Source: Candidatus Saccharimonadota bacterium (GTDB lineage: Bacteria; Patescibacteriota; Saccharimonadia; Saccharimonadales; OFTM59). From it: a DNA stretch of 64,000 bases. The notes under the pieces were generated by a model, which was not told the origin of the DNA, made no database searches, and saw only the letters and a program-made list of their open reading frames with translations. The translations under genes and the position numbers were made by a program. The stretch lies in NCBI GenBank assembly GCA_029260875.1, contig JAJDCL010000017.1, forward strand, positions 813 through 64,812, given 5' to 3'. Below, one piece after another: positions 51,483 to 60,767 of the stretch. How positions within the stretch are numbered: position 1 is the first letter of the stretch; each line of letters opens with the position of its first letter.

Positions 51483-52003
51483 GAACTCGAATTGACCTTG
51501 TCAACGACCACCTTTAGCGGCTTCCCAGAAGGAGTCTCCTTAATTTCGGACATGACGACGTGGACCTGTATTTCAGCCTGAGAAGAGCTCTTCAAGTTCA
51601 TTGAGGCTTGGCCCGTCAACTCATAGAGTTGATCTTTTTCCTTAAGCAAGAGTAGTCCATCTTTGCTCACAATAGTTCCCACTAAATGGAGATGGATCGA
51701 GACAGTGTCGTATCCACCCTTCTCGATTGCATTCTGGATTTGAACGATATCCTTCTTTTTCTGAGGATCGAGGGCTACAGTTATTCGATGGGTGTCTATA
51801 TCGACAAGAACACCGTCTTTCCCGTAAAATGAACGGTCAACAAACTCAACTTTCGATACATTTTTCTCTGCCCCATAAGCGCAGAACGAGCAGACGACGC
51901 CTTTCACTTGGACGACAAGTTGATTGGGTTTGACGATTATACCGCCCCCCGCAAATACCGCTGTTGATAATAGTGTAACTAGAAGAGTGGCTTTGGTTTT
52001 CAC
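51479..52003 (-). CDS. exported heavy-metal-associated (HMA) domain protein
   Basis: GTG start preceded by AAGGAG, a signal-like N-terminus (KATLLVTLLSTAVFA) and the HMA-type motif VKGVVCSFCAYGAEK. Confidence 0.6.
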   Translation of the reverse strand: MKTKATLLVTLLSTAVFAGGGIIVKPNQLVVQVKGVVCSFCAYGAEKNVSKVEFVDRSFYGKDGVLVDIDTHRITVALDPQKKKDIVQIQNAIEKGGYDTVSIHLHLVGTIVSKDGLLLLKEKDQLYELTGQASMNLKSSSQAEIQVHVVMSEIKETPSGKPLKVVVDKVNSSS

Positions 52004-52016
52004 GATGAACTCCTTT

Positions 52017-52289
52017 TTACTTTTGGGTTGGTATACCGAGTCCAGCATGTTTGAGTGTTTGCAAATCAGGACCATTTTCTAGACAACAATCCGCTAAATT
52101 GCCATCAATAAGAACTGCTGGAATGGACCTAATTTTTAACCTGTTTGCTCGCGCTGCAACGTCGGGAGCAGCCATGCTTAACACCTGGACATCGCAACAT
52201 GGACAGGTATTCGCTTGGATTTGTTGAACTGTGCTTTCACAGATCGGGCACCCCGCACTGAGAATTTCGATTCTACGTTTCTGAGTCAT
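52017..52289 (-). CDS. small thioredoxin-fold protein (Thioredoxin_3/glutaredoxin-like)
   Basis: IEILSAGCPICE (CPxC) near the N-terminus and IRSIPAVLIDG later. 90 aa. Confidence 0.6.
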   Translation of the reverse strand: MTQKRRIEILSAGCPICESTVQQIQANTCPCCDVQVLSMAAPDVAARANRLKIRSIPAVLIDGNLADCCLENGPDLQTLKHAGLGIPTQK

Positions 52290-52734
52290 GTTGCGTATTT
52301 CCTTTCATTAACATATCTTCATCAAATGCCCCGAGGATGGGGCATTCGCTGGTTGGTTTATCGTCTCCACTACAGGCTTCAACCAATTCTTCGAGCTTTT
52401 TCTGTATCCTCAGTAGGTTGTTTATTCTCATTCTCACATCTGCAATTTTGGTTTCGGTTTGTTTTTTGACATGAGCACAAGAGGCGTTCGCACCGAGTTT
52501 TAGGGATAGCAATTCATCAATCTCCTTGAGTGTGAAACCGAGATCTTTGGCCCTTCTTATGAATTTCAATCGCGCAACAATGTCTTCTGGATACTGACGG
52601 TAGCCTGATTTGCGGCGTGGCGGCTCCTCAATTAGCCCCTTTCGCTCATAAAAACGAATGGTCTCTATTCCTATGTCTGCCAGTTTTGCCACTTCTCCGA
52701 TTGATAATGTGGCTATTTTCGCCCAACGCCGCAA
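52273..52734 (-). CDS. MerR-family heavy-metal-responsive regulator; 5' end replaced by an IS terminus
   Basis: LSIGEVAKLADIGIETIRFYERKGLIEEPPRRKSGYRQY (MerR HTH), a coiled-coil, and C-terminal Cys residues (ASCAH, EACSGDDKPTSECP). Codons upstream of TLSIGE lie inside the IS inverted repeat, and the only available start there is TTG 52734. Confidence 0.7.
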   Translation of the reverse strand: MRRWAKIATLSIGEVAKLADIGIETIRFYERKGLIEEPPRRKSGYRQYPEDIVARLKFIRRAKDLGFTLKEIDELLSLKLGANASCAHVKKQTETKIADVRMRINNLLRIQKKLEELVEACSGDDKPTSECPILGAFDEDMLMKGNTQHDSET

Positions 52735-55700
52735 AAAGGTAAAATAGGCGCCACCTAATTGGCTATTGCATGATTCCATACTTGTTTCAATTCGAGATCA
52801 CTCATCACCTGATCAATGTCGATGGAAGAGCCACTGGGAAACTCATAACTTCCATACAAGTTAATGTGCTGCCATGCGATCGGCGACACGAGCTTGATCA
52901 TCTCTGCCTCCGAGATACGGGCCGAGGATTCCATCCTTTCGAGAAGCTGCGATAGCACGAACGAGTTGTAAAAGATAATAGAGTTGGCGATCAACCTCGT
53001 GCACTCGCTCCACAAGTGCTGTTCGAGCTGCGTCCTGACCCGAAACTTTCCGAAGTTGGCGTAAAAAATGGCCTTCCTCAACCGGTTGTATGCTTCTCCT
53101 CTGTTCAATGCCCGCTGGACGTTAATCCTGAGTTCTCGGGAGTCGATGTATTCCAGGATGTATAGCGTCCTGATAATGTTGTCTAGCTCCCAAAGCGCCT
53201 TCTTCGTCCTGTTTTGGCGCTTGTAGGAGCTGAGCTTCCGGACAATGGTGGATTGTGTCGAAGACTTGAGAGCCAGTGATAGGATAATCTTCTCGATGTT
53301 TTGGATCTCCTCCTTGATTAGCTGAACATTCACCTTCTTCAATGGTCTCAGGATTAGTCCGTCATAGGCTTTAGGGCTCTGAAACCCGTAAAGTGTCTGG
53401 GCCTTCTTGGAGAGGTTCTTGAAGCGTGGAGCGAAGAAATACCCAAACAGGTAGAGGATGATGAAATTAACGTGGTTGATCCCATGACTGTCAGTGGAGT
53501 GCCGATCCGGAATGATCTCTGAGGTGTTGTTCTGGAGTAAATCATAGATGAAGTGGCTTTCATGGTCATTTGCTCCTATGACACGCGCGTTTATAGGAAC
53601 GTTGTTTGCGATGACAGAGCAGTTGGAGATTCCCTTGGACATTCCGAAATATTTTGGGGAATATCTTGAGTTGAAGGTGTCTATCTGAGTACCGAATTTC
53701 TGTCCGTCGCTGCTGGAGTGGATCAGGTCTTCCTCAAGGCTGTAATGTTTGAAGATGGGAAGCTTGGCCGTAGCGTTGCTGATCCTATCATTCGCTTCTT
53801 TGAGCGTCTCCGATCGGAAAAAACTGTCCACGGTGCTCGACAACTCTCCAAAGCTAAAGCCTGAACTCTCTGATATGCGGTTCAGTCCATTGTTTGTTCC
53901 GAGTCCGACGAGCCCTCCAAAAATTCTCTGGTCGTCGGCGTTGGATTTCGCATACCTACCAAGGATATGAGTGAACTCCTCAAGGAATCCCGTTTTTTCG
54001 TTGGCGAAACAGAGCAGCTGCCCCATGCTCACTTGGCGGACCGATCCGAACAGCGGGTTGTTCACCGGTTCCTTCGGATTGTTGTACGGGAGCTTCCAGC
54101 GGACCTCGTCGCCCACTTTTGTGAGCTTGATGTCGGAATTCTCGCCTTTCGTAATTCGTTGATTGACGCTTTGGATCCTGCTTTCAAGATCGTGTTCCAA
54201 CATACTGAGCAGCTCATCCATGGGTGTTTCCAAGGCCGGGACGTTCAGCTCCCTGATTATTTCGTCCTTCCGGGCAAGTGTTTTGTCGTCCACCAGGTCT
54301 TCGTCGAAACTCTTGAAGTTCATGCTTTCGTTAACGTGGATGTCGCCGGAGTCAAGGCTCTGCCGGAGAAGGTGGTACAGGTGGAACTCATACTTGTCGC
54401 CGCTGATGGTCTTCATCCGTTTTCTCTTGCCTTGCTTCACTACCTGCTCGGTCTGCATGAGGTACTTCCGCGCGCTGGACGATATGACTCTTTTGGGGAA
54501 CTGGCCGGTCGAGAGCTGGTTCAGCGTTTTGTGCCTCTCGATGTTCCGCTTGAGGAACTCAAGGGCTTCGATGAGGGCGTCATCCTCCACCTTGCTGTCG
54601 AATACAAGGCTGGTAAATAGTGGGCGCAGGTTCTTCTTAAACTTCGGAGCTATCTTGGCGATGTGCTCCCACTCGAACTCCTCGGTGTCGAATGCTGTTT
54701 TCGCCATGAAACGAGAGACGTTAACCAGGGATTCCCTCTTTACGTGAGTGAACGCGAGGTTGCGGACCTCGCCGAACTCCATCTCATCTGGAACTTGGTC
54801 GTCAGTGAACATGTCAATGATCTTCGAGGCCTTCCTGAGATAACTTGAGCCTTCCGTCTTGAGCTCCAATAGGGAGGTCTTCCCGGCGAGCTTCGCCTCG
54901 TTGGAGTACTGGTTCACATAATGTATGAATGCATCGATGAGGTGATCATTGATCTTCTGGTATCTCAGGTACACGAAGCACAGCAAGTATAGGTGGGCCG
55001 TTTCCGGCTTGAGGCGCTTTAGCTTGTAGACGGTATAATATCCAACCAGCGACGCATAGTATTTGATGTTCTCGTTCGAGAGTCCAAGTTGAGGAATGAC
55101 TTCAGACGACTTCTCATATGCGTGCTTCAGCGATTTGAGCCTGTCCTTCTCCTGGGCCATTTCTTTGAAGCTGAAATCCTTCGGTTCCCGCTTGAGGAGC
55201 GTCAATTGGTGTAGGGTATCTTCAGCCTTAAGCAAGGACGCGAGTCTGCCTATTTCGCCGTCAGTCAGCATCCTTGAAAGGTTGCCCTCGAGACGGCGGA
55301 TTTCACGAGCCAAGGCCTTTCCGATAATGTTCTGAAGAACACTGTAACCGGGAAGGACTATCCTTTCCCGCTCGAGGAAAAGTACAAGTTCCTTGAAGAT
55401 AAAGGTAGGATTCGTGCCAATCGGAGCAATGGCGCACGCTTTCTCCAGGAGTCGTGTCCGGTCAGCTTCGTTACATAGCCGATACTGAAACATCTCAAGA
55501 ACCTTCTTTTGATGGCCAAGCCTTGTGGGTTTGGACAATTCACCGCTGAGCGATTCGCGTGACCGAAACACGTTCCTCATCACAAAGTCGGCGTCCTCAC
55601 GAATGTCGTCGAAACCGAAGACGAAGATCATGCGCCGGGACTTGAAGTACCCGAGTTGAAGGACGAACATGGCCTTTGATTTCAGAGATCGGAGGTTTGA

Positions 55701-55978
55701 GAGTTCATTTTCCAGTTCTTTTGTCAGCGCGAAATGCTCGATGCGGTCAGCCTGCCCGAAGCGCGGTATTCCGTAGATTTCCTCCTTCTCTTTTGCGCCG
55801 AGAATCTTGAGACGTTTTCCGGGTGTTGCCATCTGTGAACCCTGCATAAGAAAAAACAAACGTTTAAGAAAGCATACTGAGACCCGGGTAGTGTGTTTTC
55901 CGAGGTACGCTCAAAGCTAGGCAATTACACCAGCATGCCGCCTATTTTACCTTTCTGCGGCGTTGGGCGAAAATAGCC
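52711..55978. mobile_element. tnpA-only Tn3-family IS-like element with 40-bp IRs
   Basis: GGCTATTTTCGCCCAACGCCGCAAAAAGGTAAAATAGGCG at 52711-52750, with its reverse complement (39/40) at 55939-55978. The only gene is a 1025-aa TnpA. The flanking 5-mers differ (aatgt / tactt). Confidence 0.8.
52755..55832 (-). CDS. tnpA: Tn3-family transposase TnpA (full length)
   Basis: MATPGKRLKILGAKEKEEIYGIPRF... (DUF4158) and a DDE_Tnp_Tn3 domain (SSDGQKF, HSTDSHGINHVNF, VSPIAWQHINLYGSYEF). Confidence 0.93.
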   Translation of the reverse strand: MATPGKRLKILGAKEKEEIYGIPRFGQADRIEHFALTKELENELSNLRSLKSKAMFVLQLGYFKSRRMIFVFGFDDIREDADFVMRNVFRSRESLSGELSKPTRLGHQKKVLEMFQYRLCNEADRTRLLEKACAIAPIGTNPTFIFKELVLFLERERIVLPGYSVLQNIIGKALAREIRRLEGNLSRMLTDGEIGRLASLLKAEDTLHQLTLLKREPKDFSFKEMAQEKDRLKSLKHAYEKSSEVIPQLGLSNENIKYYASLVGYYTVYKLKRLKPETAHLYLLCFVYLRYQKINDHLIDAFIHYVNQYSNEAKLAGKTSLLELKTEGSSYLRKASKIIDMFTDDQVPDEMEFGEVRNLAFTHVKRESLVNVSRFMAKTAFDTEEFEWEHIAKIAPKFKKNLRPLFTSLVFDSKVEDDALIEALEFLKRNIERHKTLNQLSTGQFPKRVISSSARKYLMQTEQVVKQGKRKRMKTISGDKYEFHLYHLLRQSLDSGDIHVNESMNFKSFDEDLVDDKTLARKDEIIRELNVPALETPMDELLSMLEHDLESRIQSVNQRITKGENSDIKLTKVGDEVRWKLPYNNPKEPVNNPLFGSVRQVSMGQLLCFANEKTGFLEEFTHILGRYAKSNADDQRIFGGLVGLGTNNGLNRISESSGFSFGELSSTVDSFFRSETLKEANDRISNATAKLPIFKHYSLEEDLIHSSSDGQKFGTQIDTFNSRYSPKYFGMSKGISNCSVIANNVPINARVIGANDHESHFIYDLLQNNTSEIIPDRHSTDSHGINHVNFIILYLFGYFFAPRFKNLSKKAQTLYGFQSPKAYDGLILRPLKKVNVQLIKEEIQNIEKIILSLALKSSTQSTIVRKLSSYKRQNRTKKALWELDNIIRTLYILEYIDSRELRINVQRALNRGEAYNRLRKAIFYANFGKFRVRTQLEQHLWSECTRLIANSIIFYNSFVLSQLLERMESSARISEAEMIKLVSPIAWQHINLYGSYEFPSGSSIDIDQVMSDLELKQVWNHAIAN

Positions 55979-56880
55979 TACTTCGGCCTCAAGAAGGGCG
56001 TGGTGGCCTACACGCTACTGGCCAGCAATGTGCCGTTGAATGCCCAGATCATTGGTGCCAATGAACACGAAAGCCACTTCGTCTATGACGTGCTGTTCAA
56101 CAACGGCACGGATATCATCCCTGAGATACATTCCACTGATACCCATGGTGTCAACCAGGTCAACTTCGCCTTGCTGCACCTATTCGGATATCAGTTCGCG
56201 CCCCGATACCGAAACTTCCGCCAGCGAGTAGAGAGTGGGTTGTTCAGCTTCCGCCACCCCAATCGTTACCGGGGATACCCACTCAAGCCGATACGGGCAA
56301 TCAAGGAGAATCTTATCATCTCGGAATGGGCCAACATAGAACGCATCCTGCTCTCCCTAGCGCTGAAGACCACCACACAGAGTGTAATCGTTTCTAAACT
56401 CAGCTCCTTTAAACGGAAGAACCGAACGAAGCTTGCGTTGTGGGAGTTCGACAACATCATCATGAGCCTATACCTGTTGGATTACATCAACTCGCCGGCT
56501 TTACGACGCAACGTCCAGAAGGCGCTTAACCGGGGCGAGGCCTATCACCAATTACGCCGGGCCATTGCCTACGCCCACGGCGGTCGATTCCGGGTTCGCT
56601 CACAACCAGAACAACAGACGTGGAACGAATGTGCTCGACTCATCGCCAACGCGGTTGTCTACTACAACAGTCTGATTATCTCCGAAGTGCTGACCGAACT
56701 AGAATCTCGCCATGCCGTCCTCGCTGCTGAGGACTGAAGCGGGTCTCACCGCTGGCCTGGCAACATGTGAATTTCTACGGGCGCTATCAGTTCGATACCG
56801 CCGATCCACCCATCAATCTCAAGGGAATCGCACAGAGCCTTGCCGCCCATACGAGCGTCAAATGGCGTGAACAACGTTAG
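55979..56880 (+). pseudogene. tnpA: 3' portion of another Tn3-family tnpA, interrupted at the conserved YFG and frameshifted near the end
   Basis: YFGLKKGVVAYTLLASNVPLNAQIIGANEHESHF...HSTDTHGVNQVNF. After a stop at 56737 the motif continues in another frame (SPLAWQHVNFYGRYQF). Confidence 0.8.
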
Positions 56881-56882
56881 TC

Positions 56883-56922
56883 ACGCTACTGCACCTTTTC
56901 GGCGGTTTGGGCCAAAAACCCC
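56883..56922. repeat. terminal IR of the interrupted Tn3-family element (outer end CCCC at 56922)
   Basis: cacgctactgcaccttttcggcggtttgggccaaaaacccc is related to the IR of the adjacent IS-like element (shared accttt..gcgg..ttgggc..aaaa). Confidence 0.6.
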
Positions 56923-57342
56923 ATATTCTCGGCCAAGCATTCCCTCAATGCCTATCTCGCGAAGGTCGCCTTCACGAGCTGTCCAGAGGGAAAAAACAAC
57001 GAGGTTATTTGTTGTGGGAATGTCGGGATTACGATTCATCAAAGATTCCACATGAGTCAACGATTCAGAAAAAGCCTTTTTTAGATAGTCTCACTTCTGC
57101 ATCGACAAAGTTCTGTACAGCGGTTTGAAGCCCCGCTGCCATTCCTTCTGCTTCTTTTCAAGGCGATTAGGGTCATCTTTCTTGAATTCATGTCTGAGGC
57201 TAACGCTAAACACGCGCATTGGCATCGTCGGAGTAGTGCTGATCCCTGGTTTGTGATTAGTTATCCCCTCAAATTCGAATTGCTTTTCGTCGTGCGCATT
57301 TGTTTTCGACATTCTTTTTCATCCATTATCTGCTGCGTATAT

Positions 57343-57379
57343 TGGGTCAACTCACGAAACGGAAAAGAATCACGTTAAG
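57343..57379. repeat. Tn3-family terminal IR (outer end at 57343)
   Basis: TGGGTCAACTCACGAAACGGAAAAGAATCACGTTAAG is closely related to the IR at 34206 and has the same orientation. The recombinase stop codon lies inside it. Confidence 0.7.
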
Positions 57380-57932
57380 ACCAAGACGAAGCGGGTACCC
57401 ATCGATACAATGTCGGTACTGAGACTCCAAGATTCTTGGCTATTTCTTTTGGGGGTACACCACTGGCGAACAGTTTTTTTGCCGAGTTGATCTTGCTGGA
57501 GGTCATTTTCCTTTTGCGGCCGCCTTTACGGCCATAACGACGGGCGATCTCTAAGCCGGCACGCGTGCGCTCGATTGCCAACTCACGTTCCATTTGTGCG
57601 AGGCTAGCCATTACGTGAAAAAAGAAACGTCCTGAAGCTGTTCCTGTATCAATCCCATCAGTCAGGCTCTTAAATTGGACACCCCCATCCTTGAGCTGGT
57701 CGATGAAGCCAACCAATTGTTTTACAGACCTGCCTAATCGATCAAGTTTCCAAACGACGAGTGTATCGCTTTCCCTCAGGATCTCTAGTGTTTTCGCAAG
57801 GCCTGGTCGATCAGCTCGCGCCCCACTAAGCCCGTCCTCGAAAATCTTTACGCAGCCGGCGGATTCTAATGCTTCGTATTGCAGTTTAATGTTTTGATCC
57901 GAGGTTGAGACGCGCGCATAACCAATAAGCAT
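57375..57932 (-). CDS. serine recombinase (resolvase/invertase; Hin/Gin-like sequence)
   Basis: MLIGYARVSTSDQNIKLQ...DTLVVWKLDRLGRS...GRFFFHVMASLAQMERELAIERT...VPTLYRW. Confidence 0.9.
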   Translation of the reverse strand: MLIGYARVSTSDQNIKLQYEALESAGCVKIFEDGLSGARADRPGLAKTLEILRESDTLVVWKLDRLGRSVKQLVGFIDQLKDGGVQFKSLTDGIDTGTASGRFFFHVMASLAQMERELAIERTRAGLEIARRYGRKGGRKRKMTSSKINSAKKLFASGVPPKEIAKNLGVSVPTLYRWVPASSWS

Positions 57933-57941
57933 AGGCTCCTC

Positions 57942-58223
57942 TTACCGGTCTTTAACCACGGGCGTAAAGTCTGACCATTGCTCGATTCGGAACGCCCGGA
58001 TATCACGTACTGAATCTGGAAACCAGTTCTGGGAGCGCAGGCTCTGAATGGCGATGAATAAGTTTGCCATATTCTCTTCGTCCGTTACATAAAGGCTGCC
58101 CTGGACACGGCGAAATCCATGTTCATTCAGGATTGATCCAATATCGGCATAGGCTTGTGAGACTCCTTGCGAATGGTGCCGCTCGGTGTCAGCTACGACC
58201 AAATCAAAAGCGATCGCGTACAT
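57942..58223 (-). CDS. vapD: VapD-like (Cas2-superfamily) endoribonuclease toxin
   Basis: MYAIAFDL...AYADIGSILNEHGFRRVQGSLY...VRDIRAFRIEQWSDFT parallels VapD along its full length. Confidence 0.8.
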   Translation of the reverse strand: MYAIAFDLVVADTERHHSQGVSQAYADIGSILNEHGFRRVQGSLYVTDEENMANLFIAIQSLRSQNWFPDSVRDIRAFRIEQWSDFTPVVKDR

Positions 58224-58453
58224 TAGCGAGCCGCTGGATCATCCTCAAGGTGAGAGAGACGGTATTCGACTGTTTCACCGGTTTCTACCAAAAAGACCTC
58301 TACCATCCAATCGCCGTTGCCTTCGAGTTGACGTATGAGATGACCCACTTCGTATTTGGGCCCAAAAGGCCCAAAACTCTTGATTTTTCCGACCGGTACT
58401 GATGGGACTTGAGCGGAAGTTAACACGACAGCCCTTCCTTTATCGAAACTCAT
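58223..58453 (-). CDS. small protein in the antitoxin (VapX) position
   Basis: 76-aa ORF whose stop overlaps the vapD start by 1 nt. The assignment is by position only. Confidence 0.45.
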   Translation of the reverse strand: MSFDKGRAVVLTSAQVPSVPVGKIKSFGPFGPKYEVGHLIRQLEGNGDWMVEVFLVETGETVEYRLSHLEDDPAAR

Positions 58454-58548
58454 CTATAAGGTATCTTTTCGAGAACTGTATTTCAAGAACTGTTTTCGAG
58501 AAGCCATTTGACGCAATTTACGTTGATCGCGGTGGAATGGGATCACTT

Positions 58549-58574
58549 TTCTCAAAAACGACCGTTTTCATGAT
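58549..58574. promoter_or_regulatory. candidate 26-bp serine-recombinase crossover site (hix/gix-like dyad)
   Basis: TTCTCAAAAACG-AC-CGTTTTCATGAT has perfect AAAACG/CGTTTT arms around a 2-bp core. By my manual alignment to hixL from memory (TTCTTGAAAACC-AA-GGTTTTTGATAA), the reverse complement matches 9/12 and 10/12 of the half-sites. Confidence 0.3.
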
Positions 58575-59244
58575 GAACACAAGATCAGAATCGAAGATGA
58601 CACCTTCAATTTGGATGGGCCATGTTTTTGCGTTCAGCGACTAACTTCGGATCACTATTTTGTCGTTCGACTCGTGGCTGGAAAAACCCATTTGCTCTAC
58701 TAAGAATTCCCTGTTCTTTTTTTCGAATGTCCAAATTCCGTCTGCAAGTTCACACTGAGTCATGATTAACATGTCAAACACGTCGTTTTTTTTGATGAAC
58801 GATTCACCCCGGATGTGCTTAACGATCAGATCTTTTAGTCTTTTCACGAATATTTCTGGCGGATCAGCTAGAAGATTTCGCGCGTGAACTGGATGAATTT
58901 AATGAGGATGAATGGTGAGCTTCGGCGGCGTTTCTATGTTTAGCAGCCCTGTTGCCTTCGCGAACCAAAACTCCGCTAAAATTTTTCAGTTGTCCCATTT
59001 TCAGAAGCATAGAATCGGATGGAGTCGGCATTCATGGAACATTTGTATCAGCATCCTACTACTGCCAAGCTCTCGCCTGCGATTGTCGTGAATTCGTGGA
59101 AGCAATGGGGTGTGCCGACATAATAAGGCTCATTAACCAGCACCGCAGTCCAAGAATTAGTTGCGATGGTAGTCACTCGACGGGGTACCATTCCAACACG
59201 AACGAGAGGAGTCCGGCCCGAAGAAATCGTAAGGTGTTTCAGTG

Positions 59245-60369
59245 TTAACCTTGCTTGAAGAAGGACGAGAAGCGGTAACTCACTGAGAAATTGATCAGGT
59301 AGTCGGCAAAGGCGGCGTCTCCATGGCGTTCGCCACCGGGATCCGATAGGTCATAAACGCTCTTGGTGCGGTTGCGGTACAAGGCAAATGGCACGCTAAA
59401 CGTTAAGTTCACATGGCCATAAGGCATGGTCAAACTCGGTTCGCCAGAGACGATTACGCCAGGACGGCGGTAGCCGTTGCTGCTACCGATCAGATCATGA
59501 CTGGGTACGCCTTCTACCCGAAAACCCATGCTGCCCTGAATGCTGTAGCGTTTGGAAAGCAAGTGATTCACACCCAGGCGTGCCGCGTACTGATCAGCAA
59601 TCGAATGGTAGGCGATCAAGGGATCAACGCCCTCAAGTGTTCCCCTGGAAAGAGTATCGTTCTGTGTTTCGGGATTGAACAGGTAGAAGCCATTGAAATA
59701 GAGAGTGGTCGAGGCGGCTACATAGCGGTAGGCCTGAAGTTCGAGGTTGAATCCCCAGCCGCCGTCACCCAACTGGATCGACTGGTCAACTGGACGGACG
59801 ATGGTGGAATCGGACCCGTCCTCGGCGCGACGATGGAAGTCGTCTTCCACACCGGAATCGCCGGTCGGCATTTTGAGGCCTAAGCCAATTTGGATATTTC
59901 CCTTGTGGCCGGACGTGGCGGGATTGAACAGCCAATGATTGGTGGTCAGCCGCAAATCACCAATGCCCGACGCGTCAGTGCTGAACCTCAATTGATCCGG
60001 ATTGCGGGTGGTGCTGTTGCCGTAATGTTCATAAAGGGAGGAGCGGTCGTAGTAAATCACGGGAAGATTGATCGAGAAACCGGTCCGATCTGTGACCATT
60101 CGGCTCAAGCCCAGGTCTACAGAGTGGGAGTCATTGATCACGTTGGTGCCTTGTTCGCGTCGATTGGTCTCCTCTTCACTGCCACGGAAGTGGCGGAAAG
60201 ACTCGAAATATCGGTATGACGTCTGAAACTGCCATTGCCCGGCCCCGAAATAACCGGTCTGGTCGAGCTGGGTGGAAGCAGAGCAGCTCATGGGTCTGAC
60301 GGCTACGCAGCCCTGTCCCAAAAGGTAGGTTCCCAAAAAAAAGCAAGTGGTAATAAGAAAACGAATCAT
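59245..60369 (-). CDS. putative outer-membrane beta-barrel protein
   Basis: Signal peptide (FLITTCFFLGTYLLGQG), alternating amphipathic strands and an aromatic-rich C-terminus (INFSVSYRFSSFF). Confidence 0.5.
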   Translation of the reverse strand: MIRFLITTCFFLGTYLLGQGCVAVRPMSCSASTQLDQTGYFGAGQWQFQTSYRYFESFRHFRGSEEETNRREQGTNVINDSHSVDLGLSRMVTDRTGFSINLPVIYYDRSSLYEHYGNSTTRNPDQLRFSTDASGIGDLRLTTNHWLFNPATSGHKGNIQIGLGLKMPTGDSGVEDDFHRRAEDGSDSTIVRPVDQSIQLGDGGWGFNLELQAYRYVAASTTLYFNGFYLFNPETQNDTLSRGTLEGVDPLIAYHSIADQYAARLGVNHLLSKRYSIQGSMGFRVEGVPSHDLIGSSNGYRRPGVIVSGEPSLTMPYGHVNLTFSVPFALYRNRTKSVYDLSDPGGERHGDAAFADYLINFSVSYRFSSFFKQG

Positions 60370-60767
60370 ATCTCAAAATATCCTTGACTGGAGTCAAATT
60401 AATCATACGGAGCGTACAGCACCGAGGTTTAGAAATCAACACGACACCGTCATGTTTCACATGAGGTCGGATGACCGATATTGTCAGCGGTCTATTATTG
60501 AGAAGTCACATTCTTGGTGTACAAAACGAGCTATTGGCTTCTTGAGCGTCGGTTCCTTAAGCATACGGACTGCCTCAGCAGCGAGAAATCGTACCACATC
60601 GCTAAACGCTGGCAGTCACCTCGTGGCAGACACATCTCTGCGAAAATGCGGAAATTGGTTTTGTTTCTTGAAGAGTCTTTTCGGCATGTCCTTATACTTT
60701 GAACGTACGGACCAGAGGCCCAGTTCGCGTTCGTATTCAATGCGAGATTCGAATCACTGGAAGACCC

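Noticed and set aside
53967-54747. Long antisense ORFs inside large genes (for example 53967-54620 and 54163-54747 inside tnpA; 44361-44945 inside the RND gene; 47510-47968 inside the MFP gene; 16840-17199 inside tnpA).
   Set aside because: They are shadow ORFs on the opposite strand of, or out of frame within, genes with strong family signatures. They show low-complexity, biased composition and no motifs.
58771-58796. A second hix-like sequence (atgtcaaacacgtcgttttttttgat), about 220 bp from the dyad at 58549.
   Set aside because: Only 18/26 identity by manual alignment, a distorted right half (T8 run), direct rather than inverted orientation, and it lies inside an ORF. Not convincing as a paired crossover site.
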